A stretch of 24,000 nucleotides of DNA. It comes from Desulfosoma caldarium. Its GTDB lineage: Bacteria > Desulfobacterota > Syntrophobacteria > Syntrophobacterales > DSM-9756. Shown here one piece after another: positions 1 to 8,577 of this stretch; positions within the stretch are counted from its first letter, which is position 1; each line of letters opens with the position of its first letter. The stretch lies in the NCBI RefSeq assembly GCF_003751385.1, contig NZ_RJVA01000015.1, positions 83,998-107,997 of the forward strand. Direction: 5' to 3'. Under the pieces are notes generated by a model. The model saw nothing but the letters and a program-made list of their open reading frames with translations, was not told the DNA's origin and did no database searches. Position numbers and translations under genes: made by a program.

Positions 1-1227
1 TTTTTTGACATCGGAGCCCACCACCAGGACGGTGTCGGCCTTTTCCAGATCGTCGTAAGTGCCCAAAGCCAGCTGAAATCCGGAAACACCGCGAATGGTT
101 CGAGGCAGACTTTCCTTTTCGTTGCCGTAGGTGACCTTGGGGCGACCCAACACATCCACCAGAGCCCTGAGCATTCTTTGGTGGTCCAAAGCGGTGGTGG
201 CGTCCACGTGAGGTGTCCCCAGGACGGCTCGGCAGAATTTTTGAAACACATAGTTGCTTTCATTACTGGCACGAGGCGATCCCACACCGGCAAAGGTTTT
301 GGCACCATACTGAGCGCGTAGCTGCTGAAGCTGCTGGGCCGCAAAATCCAAAGCCTCATTCCAGGAAACGGGCACAAGCCGCCCGTTTTGGCGAAGAAGC
401 GGTTCTTTGAGGCGCGCCTCTTCCTGAACGATGTTCAACCCAAACCGGCCTCGACTGCAGAGAATTCCCGCATTGACGGATTCGTCAAAGGAACTGGTGA
501 CCCTTTTCAGGCGCCCCTTTTTGGTGTTCAACACCAAGTGGCAGCCGCCACCGCAGTAGGGACACACCGCCGTGTCTTTAACAAGCTGCCAGGCTCGAGC
601 GCTATACTTGAACGTCTTGTCAATGATCGCACCCACCGGACACACGGCAATGCAGGAGCCGCAAAATTCGCAGTCCATCACCGCGCCGCCGGCGGTCACC
701 GCCGTGCGATAACCTCGGTTATCGAAATACAGAGCCGCCGCGCCTACGCGATCCCGGCACACGCGCACACACCGTTCGCAATTGACACACCGGTCCGGAT
801 AGCGTTCGATGAGGGGCGATTGGCTGTCGTAGCGCGGCGTGAGCCGAGCCGCCTTGTAAGGCTGGTCCTGAATTTTCAGGTGCCGCGTCAGGTTTTGCAA
901 TTCGCATTCGCCGCCCTTGTCGCAGATGGGGCAGTCTAGAGGATGATTGATAAGAAGCAGTTGCAGCAGTTCACGACGGTAGTGGGTGAGCCGCTCCGAT
1001 TCCGTGGTCACTTCCATCTTGTCGGTGACGGGTGTCGTGCAAGCGGGCACAGGCCGTGGCGGGCCCGGTTTGACTTCCACCACACAGATGCGGCACGCCC
1101 CGATGGGACTTAGCGCCTTGTGGTAGCACAATCTGGGAATGTAAATGCCGTGTCGGTCCGCCACGTCCATGATGGTCATGCCCGGTTTGGCTTCCAAGGC
1201 TTTGCCGTTGATGGTCACTGTGATCAT
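1..1227 (-). CDS. nuoG: NADH-quinone oxidoreductase subunit G (NuoG), first 409 codons; 3' end lies beyond the left window edge
   Basis: The minus-strand frame is open from position 1 to the ATG at 1227. It is absent from the ORF track because its stop is off-window. Hand translation gives MITVTINGKALEAKPGMTIMDVADRHGIYIPRLCYHKALSPIGACRICVVEV (2Fe-2S ferredoxin fold), HPLDCPICDKGGECE, CVNCERCVRVC, CEFCGSCIAVC, CPYCGGGC (start of the molybdopterin-like domain) and ADTVLVVGSDVKK at the edge. The ATG lies 2 nt after the nuoD stop. Confidence 0.85.
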   Translation of the reverse strand, partial: MITVTINGKALEAKPGMTIMDVADRHGIYIPRLCYHKALSPIGACRICVVEVKPGPPRPVPACTTPVTDKMEVTTESERLTHYRRELLQLLLINHPLDCPICDKGGECELQNLTRHLKIQDQPYKAARLTPRYDSQSPLIERYPDRCVNCERCVRVCRDRVGAAALYFDNRGYRTAVTAGGAVMDCEFCGSCIAVCPVGAIIDKTFKYSARAWQLVKDTAVCPYCGGGCHLVLNTKKGRLKRVTSSFDESVNAGILCSRGRFGLNIVQEEARLKEPLLRQNGRLVPVSWNEALDFAAQQLQQLRAQYGAKTFAGVGSPRASNESNYVFQKFCRAVLGTPHVDATTALDHQRMLRALVDVLGRPKVTYGNEKESLPRTIRGVSGFQLALGTYDDLEKADTVLVVGSDVKK

Positions 1228-1229
1228 CG

Positions 1230-2405
1230 CTATCGATCCACGTCCGCAAGCACAATATCAATGGTTCCGATGAGGGCGATGAGATCCGCCAGAAGCCTGC
1301 CTTCCGCCATTTTGCTGAGCACCTGCAGATTGACGAAACTGGGCGTGCGCACCTTCACGCGAAAAGGTCGAGAGGTGCCGTCGCTGACGATGTAAAACCC
1401 CAGTTCTCCCTTAGGCGCTTCCGTATGGTGAAACACTTCCCCTTGAGGCGGCCGAATGCCATCTTCCACCAAGAGAAAATGCTGAATGAGCGATTCGATT
1501 TTCGTAAACACATCCGCCTTGGGCGGATAGGCGATGGTGGGATCCTGGACGGCGATGTCCCCCGCCGGAAGACGATCCAAGGCCTGCATGATGATGCGGG
1601 CGCTCTGGCGCATCTCTTCCAGCCGCACCAGGTACCGATCGTAAGTGTCCCCGTTTTCTCCCACAGGCACCACGAAATCGAATTCGTCATACCCGCAGTA
1701 AGGATCCGCTCGACGCACATCCCAGGCGATACCGGAACCCCGAGCCACCGGACCGCTTAACCCGTAGTCCAAGACTTCATCCACCGTCAGCACGCCGACG
1801 CCTCGCGTGCGCCGAATCCAAATGGGATTCTTGGTCAAAAGGGTTTCATAGTCCTTCATCTTTTCGGGAAACGTGCGACAAAACTCTCGCACGGCCTCTG
1901 TCCAGCCGTCGGGAACATCCCGAGCCACCCCGCCGATGCGAAAGTAACAGGGAAACAGCCGCCCTCCCGCCACCGCTTCAAACAGATCCATGAGCTGCTC
2001 CCGCTCTCGAAACGTATAAAAGAGCGGGGTCATGGCGCCCAGGTCGTGAGCGTGGGTGGCTAGCCAAAACAGGTGACTGGAAATTCGCGTCATCTCCGCC
2101 ATAATGACCCGCAGGTAGCGAGCGCGCGGCGGCACTTCAATACCCAAGAGCTTTTCCACGGCCAACACGAATCCCAAATTGTTGGCCGATCCGGCCAGGT
2201 AGTCGATGCGGTCCGTCAATGGCAGGCACTGGTGGTAGGTCTTGGATTCCATGAGCTTTTCGATGCCGCGGTGCAAATACCCAATGTCCGGCGTGCACCG
2301 CACAATCACCTCCCCGTCCAGTTCCACCACCACGCGCAACACCCCATGGGTGCTGGGATGCTGAGGTCCCACATTGAGGATCAAGCGTTCGGTCAGTTCA
2401 CTCAT
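1230..2405 (-). CDS. nuoD: NADH-quinone oxidoreductase subunit D (49 kDa, NuoD)
   Basis: 391-aa ORF. N-terminus LNVGPQHPSTHGVLRVVVELDGE and C-terminus RVKVRTPSFVNLQ...IGTIDIVLADVDR are typical of NuoD/Nqo4. It sits in a nuoC-nuoD-nuoG context. Confidence 0.95.
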   Translation of the reverse strand: MSELTERLILNVGPQHPSTHGVLRVVVELDGEVIVRCTPDIGYLHRGIEKLMESKTYHQCLPLTDRIDYLAGSANNLGFVLAVEKLLGIEVPPRARYLRVIMAEMTRISSHLFWLATHAHDLGAMTPLFYTFREREQLMDLFEAVAGGRLFPCYFRIGGVARDVPDGWTEAVREFCRTFPEKMKDYETLLTKNPIWIRRTRGVGVLTVDEVLDYGLSGPVARGSGIAWDVRRADPYCGYDEFDFVVPVGENGDTYDRYLVRLEEMRQSARIIMQALDRLPAGDIAVQDPTIAYPPKADVFTKIESLIQHFLLVEDGIRPPQGEVFHHTEAPKGELGFYIVSDGTSRPFRVKVRTPSFVNLQVLSKMAEGRLLADLIALIGTIDIVLADVDR

Positions 2406-2414
2406 GGTGCAGTC

Positions 2415-2897
2415 CTAGTCCAAATCCCAGTCGGGGCCCTCGGTGGGATAGTCCTTCCGCAACGGATGCCCCTCCCACGTCTCGGGAAGCAGGATTCTTC
2501 GTAGATTCGGATGGCCCGCAAAGTGAATGCCCAAAAGGTCGTAGCATTCCCGTTCATGCCAGTCGGCGGTGGTCCACAGCCCGCTTACCGACGGCACACT
2601 GGGCGGGTCCGTCTCCGCCCATGTTTTGACGCGAAGCAGAGCGTGATGCGCATGGCACCACAGATGGTAAACCACTTGAAATCGGGGCTTTTGCGGATAA
2701 AAATCCACCGCGGTCAGGTCGATCAAGTATCGAAATCCCCACCGGTTTCGAAGTTCGGTCATCACCGCAAGAAGGTCTTCGGCGCCCACGTCGATGGTCC
2801 ATTGATCCCGAAAACACGTTCGGCCTCGCACCGCCTGTGCAGGCAACCCTTCGATCACCTCTTCCACATACGCCCTGGACAGCCCTTCGCCGCTCAC
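2415..2897 (-). CDS. nuoC: NADH-quinone oxidoreductase subunit C (30 kDa, NuoC)
   Basis: 160-aa ORF with the NuoC-like core [36 protein letters not shown]. The GTG start at 2897 overlaps the nuoB stop as GTGA. Confidence 0.9.
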   Translation of the reverse strand: MSGEGLSRAYVEEVIEGLPAQAVRGRTCFRDQWTIDVGAEDLLAVMTELRNRWGFRYLIDLTAVDFYPQKPRFQVVYHLWCHAHHALLRVKTWAETDPPSVPSVSGLWTTADWHERECYDLLGIHFAGHPNLRRILLPETWEGHPLRKDYPTEGPDWDLD

Positions 2898-3430
2898 GCC
2901 CGCACCCCCCGAAAAGACTGCGCCGCCTCAGGATTCACCACCACGGGGCCCTCCTTGCGGGTAAGGAAAGGATCCTTAAGAATCTTGTCGTGAAGTTTCA
3001 AAATGCCATACAAGAGCGCTTCCGGTCTGGGCGGGCATCCGGGAACATAGACGTCCACGGGAAGATACCGATCAATGCCCTGCACCACGGCGTAGCTGCG
3101 AAAGATGCCTCCCGAACAGGCGCAGGCTCCCATGGCTATGACCCACTTGGGCTCCGGCATCTGCTCGTAAATGCGCACCACCGCGGGCAACATCTTCTTG
3201 GTGACCGTGCCGGCCACAATCATGAGATCCGCCTGCCTGGGGGACGCTCGAAAGGCCTCCATGCCGAACCGAGCGATGTCAAAGCGATTGGCCGCCGTGC
3301 AGATCATCTCTATGGCACAGCACGCCAAGCCAAAGGTGGCCGGCCACACGGAAGACTTGCGGGCCCAGTTGACGAACTTTTCCAGTATGGAGGTGAGAAT
3401 CTGGCTTCGGATCTGCTGCTCTAATCCCAT
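2894..3430 (-). CDS. nuoB: NADH-quinone oxidoreductase subunit B (20 kDa, NuoB)
   Basis: NuoB motifs [18 protein letters not shown] and [12 protein letters not shown] are present. I place the start at ATG 3430 ([10 protein letters not shown]...), which overlaps the nuoA stop as ATGGGATTAG. The 37 extra N-terminal codons in the track ORF lie inside nuoA and are not NuoB-like. Confidence 0.9.
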   Translation of the reverse strand: MGLEQQIRSQILTSILEKFVNWARKSSVWPATFGLACCAIEMICTAANRFDIARFGMEAFRASPRQADLMIVAGTVTKKMLPAVVRIYEQMPEPKWVIAMGACACSGGIFRSYAVVQGIDRYLPVDVYVPGCPPRPEALLYGILKLHDKILKDPFLTRKEGPVVVNPEAAQSFRGVRA

Positions 3431-3777
3431 TCCAAAGCCCCCTTTCGGTACAAATAGACCAGGCCGATCAGAAGAACCACAGTGAAGACAAGCATTTCCA
3501 CAAATCCAAACCACCCCAGATCTCGAAAAATAACGCCCCACGGGTAGAGGAACACGGTTTCAATGTCGAAGATGATAAAGACCATGGCCAGCACGTAGAA
3601 TTTCACGGGAAAATGGATTTCCAAAGTCCCGATGGGATCCATGCCGCACTCATAGGGCATCATCTTCTGTCGCGTGGCCTTGCGGGTGCCAATGCGCTTG
3701 GACACAAGGATGATGGCGCCCATCACAGCCATGGTGATCACAAGATAGAGCAGCACCGGGAGGTACATCGCCGTCAT
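3421..3777 (-). CDS. nuoA: NADH-quinone oxidoreductase subunit A (NuoA), membrane subunit
   Basis: 118-aa hydrophobic ORF with the NuoA signature PYECGMDP...[18 protein letters not shown] lies upstream of the ATG at 3777. Confidence 0.9.
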   Translation of the reverse strand: MTAMYLPVLLYLVITMAVMGAIILVSKRIGTRKATRQKMMPYECGMDPIGTLEIHFPVKFYVLAMVFIIFDIETVFLYPWGVIFRDLGWFGFVEMLVFTVVLLIGLVYLYRKGALEWD

Positions 3778-3811
3778 GGACCGGCCTCCTCACACCTCAT
3801 GGCCCGAACCC

Positions 3812-5659
3812 TCATGCAGAGCACACGCCCAAGGGGCATTTCTTGTCCACAATATGGGCCAGGTATTCGTCTTTGAGCCGTTCAATGGTGGTGCGAACAA
3901 AAAAGATGGGGGACATGGCCAAGGCACAGTTGGCCGTGGCCGACATGGTCTGGGCCAGGTCGACCATTAGGGACAGATCGGATTCACGCCCTTCCCCTTG
4001 CGCGATGCGGCACAGGGTTTCATAGAGCACGCGCGTGCCCCGCCGACACGGCGTGCAAAATCCGCAGGATTCATGCTGGAAAAAGTGCATGATATTGCGC
4101 ACCACATCCACCACACAGGTCTTTTCGTTCATGACCAACATGGTGCCGGAACCCAAGGCGCCGCCTTTTTTCTGCATGGATGCATAGTCCATGACCGTAT
4201 CCAGGTGTTCCGCCGTAAAGAAGCCAAAGGAAGCCCCACCCGTTTGGCACATTTTGAACGGGATACCGTCCTTCATCCCGCCGCCGTAGACTTCAATAAG
4301 TTCTCGCAGCGTGAGCCCCAAGGGTGCTTCCACGATCTGCGGCGCATTCACGTGGCCGCAGATCTGATAGAGCTTGACGCCCGGGGAATCTTCGGTGCCA
4401 AAGGACCGGTACCAGGAGGCGCCGTTCTTGATGATGGCCGGCACATTGGCCAGGGTTTCCACATTGTTGACCACCGTGGGCATAGCCCACAGCCCTCGAA
4501 CCCCCGGAAAGGGCGGCTTGACCCTCGGGTTGCCTCGAAGCCCTTCAATGGATTCGATCAGCGCCGTTTCTTCCCCGCACACATAGGCTCCGGCACCGGA
4601 TCGAATCTCCACGTCAAAGGAAAACGTTGAACCCAAGATGCGTTGCCCGAGAAATCCGCGCTCCCGCGCCTGCTCCACCGCCCGACGCAGCCGGTGCATG
4701 GACAGGGCGTATTCGCCTCGCACGTAAATGAAACCCTTGCAGGCCCCAATGGCATATCCGGCAATGATCAATCCTTCCAAGAGCCGGTGAGGGTTTCCTT
4801 CCATAATGTAGCGATCTTTGAACGTGCCGGGTTCCCCTTCGTCCGCGTTGCAGATGACGTACTTTTCCGGCGCCTTCAAAGGCAGCGTAAAGGACCATTT
4901 CATGCCTGTAGGAAAACCGGCTCCGCCGCGGCCCCGAAGCCCCGATTGCTTGACTTCCTCCACCACCTGTTCCGGAGACATGCCCAAGACCGCCTTACGC
5001 AACGCCTCGTAGCCTCCAATGGCCAAATAGTCGTCAAGGCTTTCCGGATCGATGTCCCCCACGCCATGCAGGAGAATAGCTCGGCGATGAATCTCCCAGT
5101 CCGTGCGCACCCGCCCTCCGGAACCGGGCAACTTGCGGTAATCCACCACATCGCCGCGCCGATACCGTTCAATGACCTCATGAATTTTTTGGCGCGTCAG
5201 GTTGCCAAACACCACTTCGTTGATCTGCATGGCCGGAGCCACTTCGCACACGCCAAGGCATGAAGAAAGCTCCAGCGTGAAAAGGCCGTCGGGTGTGGTC
5301 TGTCCCACATCGATGTCCAGTTCCTCACGCAGTGCCTCCAGCACCGTTTGCGTCCCTAGAATGTGGCAGGCGGGGGATTCACACACGCGAACGATGAACT
5401 GCCCTCGAGGTTCCAAAGAGAACATGGTGTAAAAGGTGGCCATGCCGTAGAGGTAACTCAAGTGAACGTCCACCTCGTCGGCAATCCACGCCAACACATT
5501 GGCTGGAAGCCAATGGCCGCACGCCACTTGCACCTCGCTCAGCAGAGGAAGCAAAGCCCCTTTCGTGCCACGGTACCGATCAATGATCTCCTGAATTCGG
5601 GCAACCTCGGAAGGACTGAGGTCTTTGGAAGGGTTTTGGAAAACCGCAGGACGCCTCAT
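3812..5659 (-). CDS. nuoF: Fused NuoE-NuoF NADH dehydrogenase subunit (N-terminal thioredoxin-like 2Fe-2S NuoE domain plus FMN/NADH-binding 4Fe-4S NuoF domain)
   Basis: NuoE part: CESPAC...CLGVC. NuoF part: GLRGRGGAGFPTGMKW, ICNADEGEPGTFKDR, GAGAYVCGEETALIES, ESCGFCTPCRRGT. I choose ATG 5659 (MRRPAVFQNP), which has GAGG 4 nt upstream. The track start (TTG 5746) adds 29 non-conserved residues and lies upstream of the predicted TSS. The gene ends 34 nt upstream of nuoA on the same strand. Confidence 0.9.
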   Translation of the reverse strand: MRRPAVFQNPSKDLSPSEVARIQEIIDRYRGTKGALLPLLSEVQVACGHWLPANVLAWIADEVDVHLSYLYGMATFYTMFSLEPRGQFIVRVCESPACHILGTQTVLEALREELDIDVGQTTPDGLFTLELSSCLGVCEVAPAMQINEVVFGNLTRQKIHEVIERYRRGDVVDYRKLPGSGGRVRTDWEIHRRAILLHGVGDIDPESLDDYLAIGGYEALRKAVLGMSPEQVVEEVKQSGLRGRGGAGFPTGMKWSFTLPLKAPEKYVICNADEGEPGTFKDRYIMEGNPHRLLEGLIIAGYAIGACKGFIYVRGEYALSMHRLRRAVEQARERGFLGQRILGSTFSFDVEIRSGAGAYVCGEETALIESIEGLRGNPRVKPPFPGVRGLWAMPTVVNNVETLANVPAIIKNGASWYRSFGTEDSPGVKLYQICGHVNAPQIVEAPLGLTLRELIEVYGGGMKDGIPFKMCQTGGASFGFFTAEHLDTVMDYASMQKKGGALGSGTMLVMNEKTCVVDVVRNIMHFFQHESCGFCTPCRRGTRVLYETLCRIAQGEGRESDLSLMVDLAQTMSATANCALAMSPIFFVRTTIERLKDEYLAHIVDKKCPLGVCSA

Positions 5660-5745
5660 GGAACCTCTACCCGCTTTCTCGATCTTTGGAGCTTCCGCGC
5701 GCCGATCATTCGCTGCCACCGCCACAAGAACCGTCACAGTGCACA

Positions 5746-5774
5746 ACTATGGCCCGCTTTGGGGTCCGTGTCAA
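5746..5774 (-). promoter_or_regulatory. Candidate sigma70-type promoter of the nuo operon (TTGACA-17 nt-CATAGT)
   Basis: On the minus strand, TTGACA (5774-5769) is followed by a 17-nt spacer and CATAGT (5751-5746). The predicted TSS is near 5739, about 80 nt upstream of ATG 5659. This is sequence pattern only. Confidence 0.35.
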
Positions 5775-5789
5775 TGAAATTCTTCACAA
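5772..5789. promoter_or_regulatory. Rex-like (or CRP/FNR-like) inverted-repeat operator overlapping the -35 element
   Basis: The minus strand reads TTGTGAA-gaat-TTCATTG, against the Rex consensus TTGTGAA-N4-TTCACAA (11 of 14 positions, one half perfect). Confidence 0.3.
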
Positions 5790-5885
5790 ACTAGGCTCCT
5801 CCCTTGTGCGTCATCGGAAATCACGGGGCGGCATAAAAAGCTTTCCAAAAAGGCTACGGGTATTTTAATGTAATATGTACAGAGA

Positions 5886-6488
5886 ATGCGCATGGAACCT
5901 CGAGCGGTGGAGCCTTTGGAAGCCATGGAAGAACGCCTTCGCACATTGGCCAGCCTTCATGCCAATCATTTCAGTGCTCATCTGGACGCGGTGCGGCTGC
6001 GCACGGGAAGGATGACGGAACGCATTCGCATGGAACATCCCGAAGCGGCAGCGGTTTTAGCCTTTACCGATCCCGAGTGCACGCAGATACTCATGGTGCG
6101 CCAGTGGCGCTACGCCATCGGGCGAGAAACGTTGGAAATCCCTGCGGGAAAGCTGGATCCTGGAGAATCGGCGGAAGACGGCGCCCGCCGCGAGCTTCTC
6201 GAGGAGACGGGCTATCGGGCGTCCGTTCTGGTGCCCATTTTTCGATACCATCCGGCCATCGGATATTCGGACGAAGTCATCGCCATTTTTGCGGCCTCGG
6301 GATTGAGGCGGGAAAAAGCGCTCGGAGACGAAGATGAGATTTCCCGTGTGGAAATTCTTTCGGTGGATCAAGTCATGCACAGCCTCCATGAAGGCACCAT
6401 CACGGACGGCAAGACGGTCATCGCCCTGTGCCTTTATCAAAGTTTGAAGGCCCGTGGCGCCTTGACCTTGTTCCACGGCGCACCTTGA
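5886..6488 (+). CDS. Nudix hydrolase, ADP-ribose pyrophosphatase-like
   Basis: Nudix box GKLDPGESAEDGARRELLEETGY (GX5EX7REUXEEXGU), preceded by LMVRQWRYAIGRETLEIPAG, which is typical of the ADPRase subfamily. The start is uncertain among ATG 5886, 5892 and 5925. Confidence 0.85.
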   Translation: MRMEPRAVEPLEAMEERLRTLASLHANHFSAHLDAVRLRTGRMTERIRMEHPEAAAVLAFTDPECTQILMVRQWRYAIGRETLEIPAGKLDPGESAEDGARRELLEETGYRASVLVPIFRYHPAIGYSDEVIAIFAASGLRREKALGDEDEISRVEILSVDQVMHSLHEGTITDGKTVIALCLYQSLKARGALTLFHGAP

Positions 6489-6577
6489 CCTCGGCGGAAC
6501 TCCCTGCCCTCGGTGGATTGCCCTAACCGGCGGGGTCATGGATCAGGGCATGCTCAGAGGACCGAAAAAGAACGCCC

Positions 6578-7048
6578 ATGGAAAAGGTTCCCATCACACG
6601 CCAAGGCTTTCGAAAACTTTACGCCCAGCTGATCTATCTGAGGCGTGTGGTTCGACCGCGTGTGCTGGAAGAACTGCAAGAAGCCCGCCTATATGGCGTC
6701 AAGATCGACAACCAACAATACCTCTTGGCTCGGGAACAGCACCGCATGCTGCAAAGAGAGATCGACGATCTGCAGGCCAAGATTTCCCAGTGTGAAATCG
6801 TTGTCGGTGGAAAATTTCTTGTGCGGCGCGTGACCTTTGGTGCCCGCATCGCCGTCTTGAACATGGATACGGGCCAGGTTTATCACTTTCAAATGGTTGG
6901 TCCTTTTGAATCGGATGTGCGCAACGGCAAGCTTTCCATCGACTCTCCCGTCGGCCGCGGCCTCATGGGTCGAAACCCCGGAGAAGAAATCACGGTGCTC
7001 ACTCCCGCCGGCGAACGCACCTACCGCATCCTTCACGTAGATTTTTAA
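6578..7048 (+). CDS. GreA/GreB-family transcription factor, atypical coiled-coil tip (Asp41 replaced by Val)
   Basis: The 156-aa ORF is colinear with E. coli GreA without indels. Its C-terminal domain (FGARIAVLNMDTGQ...SIDSPVGRGLMGRNPGEEITV) matches well. The tip reads GVKIDNQQY where GreA has GDLKENAEY. Confidence 0.85.
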   Translation: MEKVPITRQGFRKLYAQLIYLRRVVRPRVLEELQEARLYGVKIDNQQYLLAREQHRMLQREIDDLQAKISQCEIVVGGKFLVRRVTFGARIAVLNMDTGQVYHFQMVGPFESDVRNGKLSIDSPVGRGLMGRNPGEEITVLTPAGERTYRILHVDF

Positions 7049-7073
7049 GCCCACGGTCCAGCTGCAGGATGTT

Positions 7074-8531
7074 TTATCCTTTCATGACGCCGAGGGGGCG
7101 CAGCTTGGCCACGGGGCGACTGATGCCCGCCTGGGCCACCACTTCCACCACATCACTCACGTCCTTGTACGCCTCGGGCATCTCTTCCACCAGGGTGGCC
7201 TTGCTGGCGCCGAGCACGAAAACACCTCGATCTTCCATTTCCTTTACAATGCTGCGGCCTTTGGCGCTCTTGACCGCCTGGTGACGGCTGAGCACTCGGC
7301 CGGCACCGTGGCATGTGCTGCCAAAGGTGTCCTCCATGGCCCGATCCGTCCCCACCAAAACATAACTGTAGCGCCCCATGTCACCGGGAATGAGCACGGG
7401 TTGCCCCACGGATCGGTAGGCCTCCGGAATCGCTTCATGACCTGCCGAAAAGGCTCGCGTGGCCCCTTTTCGATGCACGCAAAGCTTGCGGCGCTGCCCT
7501 TGCCAAACGTGTTCTTCGATCTTTGCCATATTGTGGCACACGTCATAGAGCAAGCTCAGCCCCAGGCGTTCGGAAGATTGGCCGAAGAACTGTTCAAAGG
7601 TTTCCCGCACCCAATGGCTGATCATCTGTCGATTAGCAAAGGCGAAATTGGCCGCCGCACCCATGGCGCCCAAGTAACTTTGCCCTTCGAGGGAAGCCAC
7701 CGGAGCGCAGCACAGTTGTTTATCGGGAAGATCAATGCCGTACTTTTGAGTGCTCTTGAGCAAGACGCGAATAAAATCGTCACACACCTGGTGGCCTAGA
7801 CCTCGAGAGCCGGTGTGCACAAAAACCGTCAGTTGCCCTTGAAACAGTCCAAAAACCTCGGCCGTTTTCGGCTCGTAGATCTCTTCCACCACGCCGATTT
7901 CCACAAAATGATTGCCCGAGCCCAAGGTTCCCAGCTGTGATCGCCCCCGAGCTCTGGCCTTGGCAGAAACCTGGGCGGGATCGGCCCAGGGAATGCATCC
8001 GCCTTCTTCAATGCGTTCCAAATCAAGGGCGTCGCCAAACCCTTTAGAGACGGCCCATTGCGCACCTTTGAGAAGCACGCCGTCCAGTTCGGCTTCGCTC
8101 AGTTTGAAATCCTTGCGTGAGGATCCCACGCCGGAAGGAATGTTCCGAAACAGGGCTGTGACCAGATCGCGTATCTTCTCGGCACCCAACTCCAGAGCCT
8201 GCAGGTGGCTGGTCATGAGGCGCACACCGCAGTTGATGTCGTAGCCCACGCCACCCGGAGACACAATGCCTTCGTCCACCGAAAAGGCGGCAACGCCGCC
8301 AATGGGAAAGCCGTAACCCCAATGAACGTCCGGCATGGCCATGGAATAGCCCACAATGCCTGGCAGACAAGCCACATTGGCCACCTGATCCATGGCCTGA
8401 TCCTGACGAATGGCGTCCAGCATTTTTTCTGCCGCGTAGATGATGCCATCCGTGCGCATGGCGCCGGTGCGAGGAATCTTCCAGCGCCACCCGTCAATTC
8501 TTTCCAATCTGAGACGATCCTTCACACTCAT
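7074..8531 (-). CDS. rtcB: RNA-splicing/repair ligase RtcB (3'-phosphate/5'-hydroxyl ligase), long archaeal/eukaryal-like form
   Basis: RtcB motifs present: GYDINCGVRL, GSGNHFVEIG, HTGSRGLGHQV, STCHGAGR (His-GMP site). I place the start at ATG 8531 (MSVKDRL), with AGGAGG 7 nt upstream. The track start at 8555 adds 8 codons. Confidence 0.95.
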   Translation of the reverse strand: MSVKDRLRLERIDGWRWKIPRTGAMRTDGIIYAAEKMLDAIRQDQAMDQVANVACLPGIVGYSMAMPDVHWGYGFPIGGVAAFSVDEGIVSPGGVGYDINCGVRLMTSHLQALELGAEKIRDLVTALFRNIPSGVGSSRKDFKLSEAELDGVLLKGAQWAVSKGFGDALDLERIEEGGCIPWADPAQVSAKARARGRSQLGTLGSGNHFVEIGVVEEIYEPKTAEVFGLFQGQLTVFVHTGSRGLGHQVCDDFIRVLLKSTQKYGIDLPDKQLCCAPVASLEGQSYLGAMGAAANFAFANRQMISHWVRETFEQFFGQSSERLGLSLLYDVCHNMAKIEEHVWQGQRRKLCVHRKGATRAFSAGHEAIPEAYRSVGQPVLIPGDMGRYSYVLVGTDRAMEDTFGSTCHGAGRVLSRHQAVKSAKGRSIVKEMEDRGVFVLGASKATLVEEMPEAYKDVSDVVEVVAQAGISRPVAKLRPLGVMKG

Positions 8532-8577
8532 GGTTGAACCTCCTAACCTTCCCAAACCCCTCGCGCCAGGGCAGGCC

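Noticed and set aside
388-5263. Plus-strand ORFs of 143-210 aa opposite the nuo genes (388-939, 2073-2504, 2511-2993, 2837-3424, 3998-4630, 4643-5263)
   Set aside because: All lie antisense to motif-supported nuo genes. They are H/R/G/A-rich and have no family resemblance.
5866-5874. 9-mer TAATGTAAT shared between the Nudix upstream region (5866-5874, +) and the archease-rtcB upstream region (9229-9237, -), plus a shared ATAAAAAG
   Set aside because: Both lie in AT-rich promoter-like patches. A shared 9-mer between two ~250-nt regions is not improbable by chance. Their positions relative to the likely -10 elements differ, so there is no consistent operator model.
7049-7073. Overlapping CAGCTG/CTGCAG palindromes in the 25-bp gap between the Gre-like gene and rtcB, considered as a bidirectional terminator
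   Set aside because: The stem is too short, there is no loop, and there are no flanking T/A tracts.
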